Shown piece by piece: positions 10,057 to 19,254 of a stretch of 23,058 nt of DNA. The first letter of the stretch is position 1, and every line of letters begins with the position of its first letter. This DNA is from Orycteropus afer (taxonomy: Eukaryota), in the NCBI RefSeq assembly GCF_000298275.1, contig NW_006922148.1, forward strand, positions 1,228,987-1,252,044, in the 5' to 3' direction. A program made the translations under genes and the position numbers. The notes under the pieces are model-generated. The model had not been told where the DNA came from. It made no database searches and saw only the letters and a list, made by a program, of their open reading frames with translations.

Positions 10057-10143
10057 GTTAAAGAGAAGGAAGAAGCCCATCGAGAATACCGGGAAGCCAT
10101 TAGTCAAGGCCATGGTGCTTACTTGATGGATCAGGATGCACCG
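10057..10143 (+). CDS. The next coding exon (87 bp, in frame) of the same VIT-domain gene. It encodes VKEKEEAHREYREAISQGHGAYLMDQDAP.
   Basis: The acceptor is 'TATTTTTTCCAG|GTT' and the donor is 'GCACCG|GTATGA'. It continues exon 9186-9317 in frame. The hallmark 'VKEK.EA...Y..AISQGH.A.L' matches VWA5A 'LQDKMKARTNYEKAISQGHQAFL' and ITIH 'IKEKAEAQAQYSAAVAKGKSAGL' (from memory). Confidence 0.75.
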
Positions 10144-11280
10144 GTATGACTTGATGTTCATCTGCTAGCTTAGTACATTTATTAGAAATGAAAAAGGGGT
10201 TGAAAATGATTTGAAATATGAAATTCATACTATAAATCAAGATAACTTATAGTATTTAGGGCCTTGGAGTTTCATTTACTTTTGGCAGGGGGAGGGCAAG
10301 CTGGTCAGACCCATGTGACTTGTCTAAATAAAGAAGGAAATGGTATAAATATTACCACACAAATAAGCACTATTTCTTAATTGGTAACTGAGTTTCCCAG
10401 AAATAACAACAAAAAGGAAACATTTGGGTTGTTAATTATCACCTTTTAATAAAAGAGTGTAATGTATTTACAGGATAAATTTACCTAGAATTAAGCTCAC
10501 CTAAAATTTTACTCACTTTTCACCAAATAATAACTTAGGAACACATTGGTGCAGGGTATTGACATAGGGCCAGATTCTTTCCTTTCTTCTTAATAGCTTT
10601 AAGCTCAGAAATAATACCACTCATCTGTTCTTTCTTCCTTAATCATTTCTAATACTAACCCATCTCTTGAACTCTTTATCCTGTCTATTCCTAGTCCTTG
10701 CTTCATCAGCTATTTCCTTTAGTGTTTCCAACTTCTCTCTTACTACTTGCTTTTTATCCCTGACCTCTCTAGCCTGAAAAATAAAGCAAGGCCTTCCTTT
10801 ACCTCAAAACAAACCCATTTCAACACAAAACTTACCCATTTTCTTATTAATTTACTTCTCAGTGTGTTGCAGTGACTCCCCACATCAGGCTACTGAAAGG
10901 CTCCCAGTAAGGTATCTTGTTTCCAAAGTGTCAAAACAACAGTTTTTCTGTGACATTCTAGATGACCCTACTGCAGTTTTGACTCTGTTGACTAGCCCTT
11001 TCTTCAGTTCAGCAGTTGAACTAACATTAATACCTATACCAGATGCTAGTGACTTAGAAATAATATGTAATCCCACATGGAACTCACAGTGCAGTACGGA
11101 AAGCAAACTAAACAAAGAGTGTGATATGTGACAGAGTATTAAAGACATGTACTGAATGTAATAGTGGCACAGTAAGGCACCACCAGACAAGTGAGATGTA
11201 ATAGTCATAGGACCCTTCCTAGAGAACAAGATACTTGAGCAGTCTTAAAAAATGAATAGGAACTTCTTCGGTAAACTAAG

Positions 11281-11528
11281 AGGTGGACTCTGGTTGGTGC
11301 AAGTGGTTAAGTCCTCAACTACTAATGGAAAGGTTGGCAATTGGAACCCACTCAGAGGCACCTTGGAAGACAGTCCTGGTGATCAGTTTCTGAAAGGTCA
11401 CAGCCTTGAAAAACAAATAAATAAATAAACAAATTAAAAAAAAAAAAAAAAAACCGATGGAGCAGGTCTATTTTGTACATATGAGGTCGCTTTGAGTCAG
11501 CATCAACTTGATGGCAACTCAACAACAA
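11281..11528 (+). mobile_element. tRNA-derived SINE of a distinct subfamily (copy K). It has a divergent tRNA-like head, an internal 42-bp A-rich tract (11404-11445) and the conserved 3' block 'GGTCGCTTTGAGTCAGCATCAACTTGATGGCAACTCAACAACAA'.
   Basis: The head 'GGTGGACTCTGGTTGGTGCAAGTGGTTAAG...GGTTGGCAATTGGAACCCACTCAGAGGCACCTTGGAAGACAGTCCTGG' is homologous in architecture to other AfroSINE/CORE-RTE-type SINEs. The 3' block is shared with the other SINE copies and with RTE tails. Confidence 0.65.
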
Positions 11529-12383
11529 ATTCACAGACGGTAAGTAACCTGAAATAGCACATTTCATTGGGAGTGTCAGTATTTTGTCCTGTCTGGAGTG
11601 ATATGGATAAGATTTGTCTTTGAGAAAGAACACTCAGATGGCAATGAGAAGGTTGGAGTGGCCTATGAGTTGTCAGGGAGACTAAGTGACTCTTATGGTA
11701 ATCTAGGCAAGAGGTATAATGAGGGGCTGAACTAAAATAGTGACAGTGGGAATGGAGAAGATGCAACTTGTGAAAGATCTTAGAGAGGTAGAATGTACAG
11801 AATTGGTTAAAGATGGGAGGATGTGGGCGTGCCAAGAGAATGGAGTATGAATGGCTCTTGGTCAAGTCTGGCTTGGATGACTAGAGGCTGTTTGCCATCA
11901 ATGAAGTCATGGATTTGAGAAGAGTAGAGTCTTTGTGAATATGGGGATACTGCAAGTGGGAGGAGAAAGTGAGTTTGAGAAATTGCTGGGACATCTTGTG
12001 CATGTGTCCCTGAGGTAGCTGGATATGTATTTGGGAGTTCAGGGGTGAGGTATGTACTGGAGGTGGAAATCTGTATATCATCGTTGGAGTCTCTGAGATG
12101 GCATTGTGACAGGGGCTAGGTATTATAACAGAGATTAGGTAACAGAGATTGGATGTAGTCCTGAAACACCTAGCTTTAAGTTTGGGTGGTAGAAGGGGAA
12201 AGGAAAAAGTATCTGAACTGCCATTATCTAGGGAAAAGTTCCCTAACACAATGTTATCATTTCCTAAGTCTAATTGAGTGTGAAATTATATACTTGTTTT
12301 TCTATCAAGATTCCTTGAGTTAAGGCACAGTAATGAGTCCCAAGTCTAAATTACTAAATCAAATTTATATTGCCCCACTTTTG

Positions 12384-12409
12384 ATATATATATATATATA
12401 TATATATAA
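12384..12409. repeat. (TA)n microsatellite (~12 units).
   Basis: 'GATATATATATATATATATATATATAAAATC' read directly. Confidence 0.95.
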
Positions 12410-13284
12410 AATCATTCATTAATCTGACTTTTTGAAATCAGGTGAAAGGAACAAGGTAGAATATTTATCAAATCTGTAATTGAAAATGAAAATACAAAAA
12501 ATAAAAAAACAAATTAAGTACTTTTTGTAAAACTGATCTCATTACCTTCCCCTCCAAACTTTCTTTCTGTGTTCCTTGTCTCTGTCATCCTTCATGTCTC
12601 TTTTTCCTCTCCTCCATTTCCTATTAAATTAGCCATCTGAATTTTCATGTTTATTACATCCATGGAATGTGTCCTATGCCACAACCTATTCTATAGCCAT
12701 TAAATAACTTTAGACCTATTGGTTATTCCTTTGACTCATTAATGCGGAGTAGTAGGCTTCCAAGTTCTTCAGTCCTATCCTGTGTTACTACTTTCTTCCA
12801 TGTCATATCTTAATAAGCCTGAGTTATTTGTGTTTCCTGAAAATACAATGACACTCCATTTGTTTGCTTAATTTTTTTAAATATCATTTTAAAATTTTTA
12901 GCTCCAGTATCCTTTCATCTAAGAGAAAACTAAAGCTTTTCCTGCCATTCCTCAGGAAAGTTAGGTGCCTTTGTTTTATGCTTCCAATACAAACTTGTAT
13001 GTGTCTGTGTCATAACTCTTACACTGTTTAGGAAGATAGAGGTTTAGCTTGTAATCCCCAGTACTTAAGCAGGGAAGTAACAGAAAAGGATAGATAAAAG
13101 AGTTAGTGGGAAAATAAAGAGAAAACTATGGTGCCAAAACCAAGACTGGAGAGAGTGCTTCAGGTAGGGTTACTTATAGCCTCCTAATTGCCAGATTAAA
13201 TAGCAGTGTTTCTGAGACCAAATTTTTTTGAGAAGTTGACCATTTTCTTCTTCCTAAAACATCTAGACTGACTTATTTATCACT

Positions 13285-13471
13285 GTTGTTGTTGTTGTTA
13301 TGTGCTGTTCAGTTGGACCCGACTCATAGTGACCCCTCCTTGGGTTTCTGAGGCAGTATCACTATGGAAGTAGATCGCCCAGCCAACCTTCCGAGGAGTG
13401 GCTTGGGGGGTTTGAACCGTCAGCCTTCTGGTTAGTAGTCAAGTGCCTTAGGCACTATGCTACCAGAGCTC
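13285..13471 (-). mobile_element. AfroSINE-type SINE (copy F), full length. It is inverted relative to copy G, ~70 bp away.
   Basis: '(TGT)n TATGTGCTGTTCAGTTGGACCCGACTCATAGTGACCCCTCC...CACTATGCTACCAGAGCTC'. Confidence 0.85.
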
Positions 13472-13542
13472 TTACCCTTACACTATTAAATTCAATCTGA
13501 CAGTCTCCGTCTTTTAATTAGGTTGTTTTTGTTTAGACCATA

Positions 13543-13654
13543 GGAGCACTGGTAGCGTAGTGCCTAAGGCACATGACTGCTAATCACACAAATAAGTTCA
13601 AACCCACTAGCCACTCCTTGGAAGGAAGGTTGGGCAATCTACTTCCATAGTGAT
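13543..13654 (+). mobile_element. AfroSINE-type SINE (copy G/H), 5' segment. The SINE is split by an RTE insertion and its 3' segment lies at 14983-15056.
   Basis: 'GGAGCACTGGTAGCGTAGTGCCTAAGGCACATGACTGC...GGGCAATCTACTTCCATAGTGAT' stops where the antisense RTE 3' end begins. The SINE resumes at 14983 with 'GATACTGCCTCGGAAACCCAAGGAGGGGTCGCTATGAGTCGGGTCCGACTCGATGGCACATAATAACAACAAC'. Confidence 0.85.
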
Positions 13655-14982
13655 GTTGTTTTTGTTGTTAGGTGCCATTGAGTCATTTCCGACTCATAGC
13701 GACCCCATGCACAGTAGACTGAAACACTGCCTGATCCCATGCCAGCTCCATGGTCCCTGCTATACTTGAGCCCATCATCACAGCCACTGTGTCAATCCAT
13801 CTCGTTGAAGGCCTCCCCCTCTTTCGTTTATCCTCCATCCTACCAAGCATGACATCCTTCTCCAAGGAATGGTTCCTTCTGACAACATGACCAAAATAGG
13901 TGAGACGAAGTCTGGCCTTTCTCGCTTCCAAGGAGCATTTCGGCTGCACTTCCTCCAGGACAGATGTGTTAGTTCTTTTAACAGTCCATGGTACTTACAG
14001 CATTCTTTGCCAGCACCACAACTCAAAAGCATCAACTCTTCTTCGGTCTTCCTTATTCATTGTCCAGCTCTCACATGCATACGAGGTGATTTTACATATC
14101 ATGGCTTCTGTCAGGTGCATGTTAATCCTCAAGGAGACATCCTTGCTCCTCAGCACTTGAAACAGTTCCTTTGCAATTGACTTTCCCAGTGCCACACGTC
14201 ATCTAATCTCCTGACTGCTGCTTCCATTGGCATCGATTGTAGAACCAAGCAATGTGAATTCTTTGACAACCTCAGTCTTCTCTCCATTTATTATGATGCT
14301 GCTTATTGGTCCAGTTGTGAGGATTTTTGTTTTCTTTATATTAAGATGTAATCCATACTGCAGACTGTGTTCTTCAACCTTAATCAGTAAGTGCCTCAAG
14401 TCATCCTCACTTTCAGCAAGCAAAGTTGTATCGTGTGCATATCTCAGGTTGTTAATGATTCCTCCTCCAATCCTGATGCCACGTTTTCCTTCATATAGTC
14501 CAGCTTCTCGGTTTATTTGCTCAGAATATAGATTGAATAAGTGTGGGGAAAGGATACAACCCTGACGCACTCCCTTCTTGATTTTAAACCATGTAGTGTC
14601 CCCTTGTTCCATTCGAACGACAGCCTCCTGGTGAAAGTAGGTGAAGTTCTTCATGAGTACAATCAAGTGTTCAGGAATTCCATTCTTCTCAATGTTATCC
14701 ATAATTTGTCATGATCCACACAATCAAATGCCTTTGCATAGTCAATAAAACACAAGTAAACATCTTTCTGGTATTCTTTGCCTTGAGCCAAGATCCATCT
14801 GACATCAGCTATGATATCCCTTGTTCCATGTCCTCTTCTGAATCCATCTTCCACCTCTGGAAGTTCTCTGTCAATATACTTCTGCAACCGTTTTTGAATT
14901 ATCTTCAGTAAGATCTTACTTGCATGAGATATTAGTGATATTGTTTTATAATTTCCACGATCTGTGGGAATTATATCCATAA
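13655..14982 (-). mobile_element. RTE/BovB-type LINE, copy 1. It is the 3'-terminal 1.3 kb (RT C-terminal half to the 3' end), 5'-truncated, and is inserted into AfroSINE G/H with the TSD CCATAGTGAT (13645-13654) / CCATAATGAT (14976-14985).
   Basis: Minus ORFs include 'ISLISHASKILLKIIQKRLQKYIDRELPEVEDGFRRGHGTRDIIADVRWILAQGKEYQKDVYLCFIDYAKAFDCVDHDKLW' and 'GVRQGCILSPHLFNLYSEQINREAG...RYAHDTTLLAESEDDL'. These match BovB RT 'IALISHASKVMLKILQARLQQYVNRELPDVQAGFRKGRGTRDQIANIRWII...YFCFIDYAKAFDCVDHNKLW' and 'GVRQGCILSPCLFNLYAEYIMRNAG...RYADDTTLMAESEEEL'. The 3' terminus read on the minus strand is 'GGTCGCTATGAGTCGGAAATGACTCAATGGCACCTAACAACAA'. Confidence 0.9.
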
Positions 14983-15056
14983 TGATACTGCCTCGGAAAC
15001 CCAAGGAGGGGTCGCTATGAGTCGGGTCCGACTCGATGGCACATAATAACAACAAC
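14983..15056 (+). mobile_element. AfroSINE copy G/H, 3' segment (the continuation of 13543-13654).
   Basis: See 13543-13654. The joined parts reconstitute a complete SINE. Confidence 0.85.
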
Positions 15057-15224
15057 ATGTTTAGACCATTTACAGTTAATGTAATTACTGATATGATCTG
15101 ATTAATAGTTACCTTCTTGCTAATGGTTTTCTATTTTTCTTATTATTTATTATTTTTTTGGTTTCCTTTTCTTGTATTGAACTTTTTTTTCAATGATTCC
15201 ATTTTATCTCCATTATTGGCATAT

Positions 15225-15345
15225 TTATTACATCTCTTAAAAATCTTTGGTGGTTGGTCTATAGCTGCCCTTTACAATATGGTAGCCACTAGACATATGT
15301 GAATATTTAAATTTAATTAAATAAAATTAAATATTTACATATGGC
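15225..15345. mobile_element. MER-type non-autonomous DNA-transposon (hAT MITE-like) fragment with an AT-rich imperfect palindrome. The family assignment (MER5/MER30-like) is from memory and tentative.
   Basis: 'CAATATGGTAGCCACTAGACATATGTGAATATTTAAATTTAATTAAATAAAATTAAATATTTACATATGGCTATTGGCTA' resembles the human repeat motif 'TGGTAGCCACTAGCCACATGTGGCTATTTAAATTTAAATTAATTAAAATTAAAT'. It may instead be part of the RTE 5'UTR. Confidence 0.3.
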
Positions 15346-15885
15346 TATTGGCTAACTTATTGGATAGCAAACCTTTTGTTTTATCATTTCAGTGGTCTAT
15401 TGGTCAACACTGCTTTAGGGTTTACTATATACAACTTTTGAGCCCCTCACATTGGAAGGAACTCAAAATACAACTGGGAGAAAGCTGTGTCCTCAAAGTA
15501 GAATTGACCTTAATGATATGGGTGGAATAAAAGCTTTTGGGACCTACATTTGCTGATGAGGCACCAACAAAATGGAAAGAAACAGCTGTAAACATTCATT
15601 AATAATCAGAATATGGAATGTACAAAGGATGAATGTAGGGAAATTGGAAGTTTTCAGTAATTAAATGGAATGCATAAAGATAGTACCCCTAGGCATTAGG
15701 GAGCTGAAATGGATTGGTATTAGCCATTTTGAATCAGACAGTTGTATGGTGTGCTATGCTGGGAATGCCAATTTGAAGAGAAATGGTGTCACACTCATCA
15801 TCAAAAAGAACATTTCAATATCTATCCTGAAGTACAATACTGTCATTTATAGAATAATACCCATATGGCTATAAAGAAGACCAGT

Positions 15886-16069
15886 TAAACCAAACTCACT
15901 GCCATTGAGTGGATTCTGACTCATAGGGATCCCCTTTGGCTTTCCAAGGGGGTAAATATTTATGGAAGTAGATTGCCCAGTCTTCCTTCTGCAGAGTGGT
16001 GGGTGGGTTTGAACTGCCAGCCTTCCGGTTAGCAGTCAAATGCCTTAGGCACTATGCCACTAGAGATCC
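15886..16069 (-). mobile_element. AfroSINE-type SINE (copy I) of the second tail subfamily ('AAACCAAACTCACTGCCATTGAGTGGATTCTGACTCATAG' on the + strand). It is nested in RTE copy 2.
   Basis: The head on the minus strand is 'GGATCTCTAGTGGCATAGTGCCTAAGGCATTTGACTGCTAACCGGAAGGCTGGCAGTTCAAACCCACCCACC'. The RTE reading frame resumes immediately afterwards ('NTTITRIYAPTTKAKDE' matches BovB 'ITVIQVYAPTSNAEEA'). Confidence 0.85.
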
Positions 16070-16937
16070 TAATACTACTATTACTCGAATCTATGCACCA
16101 ACCACTAAAGCCAAAGATGAATAAATTGAAGATATTTACCAACTTCTGCAGTCTGTAATCAGCCAAACATGCAATCAAGATTGCTTATGATTGGAATGCA
16201 AAAGGTAGAAATGAAGAATTAACAATAGTTGGACAATGTGGCCTTGGTGATAGAAATGACTTGGGAGATCAGCATTTTGCAAGACCAATGACTTATTCAT
16301 TGCTAATATGTTTCTTCGGCAACATAAATGGGGCTATATATGTGTACCTTGCCAGATGGAATACACAGAAATCAGATTGATTACCTCTGTGGAAAGAGGA
16401 GATGTAGAAGCTCAGTATCTCCTGTGAAAGCAAGACCAGGAGCTGATTGTGGAACAGACCACCAACTGCTCATATGCAGGTTCAACTTGAAGCTGAAAAA
16501 AATTAAAACTAAGTCCATGAGAGCCAAAACATGACCTTGATTATATCTCATCTGAATTTAGAAACCATCTGAAGAATAGATTTGATGCATTGAACATCAG
16601 TGACCAAAACCCAGACGAATTGTAGAATGACATCAAGATGACAACAAAGAAACAGTCATTAAAAAGGCAAGAGAGGAAGAAAAGACCAAAATGGATGTCT
16701 GAAGACTGTCTGAAACTTGCTCTTGAATGCAGGATAGCTAAAGCAAGTGGAGGAAATGACAAGGTAAAAGAACTGAATATTTTGAAGGGTACCTTGAGAA
16801 GACAACATAAAGTACTGTAATGAAATGTGCAAAGACCTGGAGTTAGAAAACCCAAAAGGAAGAACACAGTCAGCATTTATCAATCTGAAAGAACTGAAGA
16901 AAACATGCAAGCCTTGAGTTGCAATATTGAAGGATTC

Positions 16938-17108
16938 TGTGGGCAAATATTGGGAGCTCTGGTGGCATAGTGCCTAAGGCATGTGACTGCTATCTGGAAG
17001 CCTGGTGGTTCAAATCCATCAGCCACTCCTCAGCAGGAACATTGGGCAATCTACTTCCATAGAGATACTGCCTTGGAAACCCAAAGAGGGGTTGCTATGA
17101 GTCAGATC
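16938..17108 (+). mobile_element. AfroSINE-type SINE (copy J), nested in RTE copy 2 with a perfect 11-bp TSD TGGGCAAATAT. It lacks the usual 3' tail.
   Basis: Flanks are 'CTGTGGGCAAATATTG|GGAGCTCTGGTGGCATAGTGCC...' and '...GTTGCTATGAGTCAGATCTGA|TGGGCAAATATGAATGATG'. RTE copy 3 shows the empty-site sequence 'TATGGGCAAAATATTGAACAATG' (reverse complement of 4105-4127). Confidence 0.85.
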
Positions 17109-18754
17109 TGATGGGCAAATATGAATGATGCAGGAAACCTCAAAAGAGGATGGAATACACAGAGTCACTGTAAACAGAAAGAGTTGGTTGATGTTCATTT
17201 GTTTCAGAAGGTTGCATATGATCAAGAACCACTAGTATTTAAGGAAGAAGTCAAAGCTGCACTAAAGGAAGTGGCAAAGAGCAAGGCTCCAGGAGTTGAT
17301 GGAATACCCATGTTCCAACAAACGGATGCTGTGCTGGAGGCACTTGGCCACTTATGCCAAGAAATTTGGAAGACAACTATCTGGCCAACTGACTGGAGGA
17401 GACCAATGTTTGTGCTCATTCCAAAGAAAGGTGATTCAACAGAATATGGGAATTATTGAATATCTTTAATATCACATGCAAGATTTTGCTGAGAATAATT
17501 TAAAAATAGTTGCTCCAGTTTATTGACAGGGAACTTCCAGAAATTTAAGCTGGATTCAGAAGAGGATGTGGAATGAGGGATATTATTGCTGATGTGAGAT
17601 GGATCTTGGCTGAAAGCAAGCAATACCAGAAAGATGTTTACCTGTTGACTATGCAAAGACACTTGATTGTGTGGCTCGTAATGAATTATGGATAAAATTG
17701 AAAATAATGGGAATTCCAGAACACTTAACTGTGCTCATGAGGAACCTGTACATAGACCAGGAGGCTGTTGTTTGAACAGAACAAGGGGATACTGCATGGT
17801 TTTAAATCAGTAAGGGTGTGCATCAAGATTGTATCCTTTCCCCATACTTAGTCAATCTGTATGCTGAGTAAATAGTTTGAGAAACTGGACTATATGAAAA
17901 AGAATGCAGCATCAGGGTTGGAGGAAAACTCATTAACAGCCTGCAATATGCAGACAACACAACCATGTTTGCTGAAAGTAAAGATGACTTGAAGCACTTA
18001 CTGATGAAGATTGTAGACTACAGCCTTCAGTATGGATTACACCCCAACATAAAGTAAACAAACATTTTTACAACTCGACCAACAAGCAACATCATAATAA
18101 ATTGAGAAAAGATTGGAGTTGTCAGAGATTTTATTTTTCTTGGATCTACAATCAACACTCAAGGAAACAGCAGTCAAGAAACCAGACATTGAATTGCACT
18201 GAGCAAATCTGCTGCGAAAGACCTCTTTAAAGTGTTGAGAGAGGCAAAGATGTCATTTTAAAGACTAAGGTGCACCTGATGGAAGCCATGGTGTTTTCTA
18301 TCACCTCAAATGCATGTGAAAGCTGGAAAATGAATACGAAAGTCCAGAGAAGAGTTGATGCCTTTGAATTATGGTGTTTGTGAAGAATACTGAAAATACC
18401 ATGAACTGCTAGAGGAACAAACCAATCTGTCCTGGAAGAAGTGCTCCTTAGAGGTGAGAATGGCCAGACTTCGTCTCACCTACTTTGGTCATTTTGTCAG
18501 AAGGAACCATTCCCTGGAGAAGGCTATAATACTTGGTAAAGTACTGGGTGGGGTAAGTGGTCAGTGACAAAGGGGAAGACCCTCAGTGAGATGGACTGAC
18601 ACAGTGCCTATAAGGATGCTCTGATGTGTAGCAAAGATTGTGAGCATGGAGCATGACTGGGCAGTGTTATGTTCTCTGGTACACAGGGCTCATGTGAGTT
18701 GGAGGTGACTTGATGGCACCTAACAACAACAATATGAATATTGTAGCATCCAAA

Positions 18755-18861
18755 AACAAAAGCCAAACTCTGCCTCATTTTTTCTACTCCAGAGTAGCTT
18801 GTGGGAGAACTGCTAACCTTTTGGTTAATAGCTAAATGCTTTTACCACTATGCCATTGGGG
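18755..18861 (-). mobile_element. Truncated tRNA-derived SINE (copy O) with a second-subfamily-like tail.
   Basis: The minus strand reads 'CCCCAATGGCATAGTGGTAAAAGCATTTAGCTATTAACCAAAAGGTTAGCAGTTCTCCCACAAGCTACTCTGGAGTAGAAAAAATGAGGCAGAGTTTGGCTTTTG'. Confidence 0.6.
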
Positions 18862-19254
18862 TGTGTAAAATATATCCAGCCTTTTTTTTCTGCCGTATAT
18901 GATAAGGACATTGCCTTTTTATACAGTACTTAGCCATTTACAGAAAAACTACTCTGACTTGGCAGCCACTGGTTGAGCTAGTGCTGAGTGTCATGGGAGT
19001 CAGGAGGCTGTCTTGGAGCATTGCACAGGAAAAAGCCCTTGTGTGGGGACAGCTGCTGGGCCACAATACCCAGTCAGGCCAGAGTTCAGCTTTAGGGGCC
19101 ACCTTCTTCAGCCTCCTGTAAAAGTCACCCCCCCCCCAACTGGTGAATGACCCCAGGGCTCCCTTTTAGTACTAACAATGCTTTGTTTTGTAGGTTCTAT
19201 TACCATGTCCTGAGGAAGAATTTAGTAGATTATAACTCAAGTACTTCATTAATA

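Larger units (their letters stand above)
15400..18735 (+). mobile_element. RTE/BovB-type LINE, copy 2. It is near full length (5'UTR, endonuclease, RT and 3' end) but inactivated by stops and frameshifts. It is interrupted by SINE insertions at 15886-16069 and 16938-17108.
   Basis: ORF pieces in order: 'IRIWNVQRMNVGKLEVFSN.MECIKIVPLGIRELKWIG' (endonuclease N-terminus), 'TLPDGIHRNQIDYLCGKRRCRSSVSPVKARPGADCGTDHQLLICRFNLKLKKIKTK' (matching BovB 'TSPDGQHRNQIDYILCSQRWRSSIQSAKTRPGADCGSDHELLIAKFRLKLKK'), 'APGVDGIPMFQQTDAVLEALGHLCQEIWKTTIWPTDWRRPMFVLIPKKGDS', RT motifs, and a C-terminal 'VDAFELWCL.RIL'. The 3' end is '...GAGGTGACTTGATGGCACCTAACAACAACAATATG'. Confidence 0.9.

Noticed and set aside
10262-10345. 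Possible exon after the acceptor-like 'TTTTGGCAG|GGGGAGGGCAAGCTGGTCAGACCC'.
   Set aside because: All frames hit stops within about 30 codons or encode nothing VIT-like, and there is no good donor. It is most likely intronic.
11503-12249. Minus-strand ORFs 11503..11865 and 11881..12249, with His/Cys/Ser-rich peptides.
   Set aside because: Low-complexity translation of what looks like an old, unclassified interspersed repeat. There are no start/splice context or domain motifs, so it is not called as coding.
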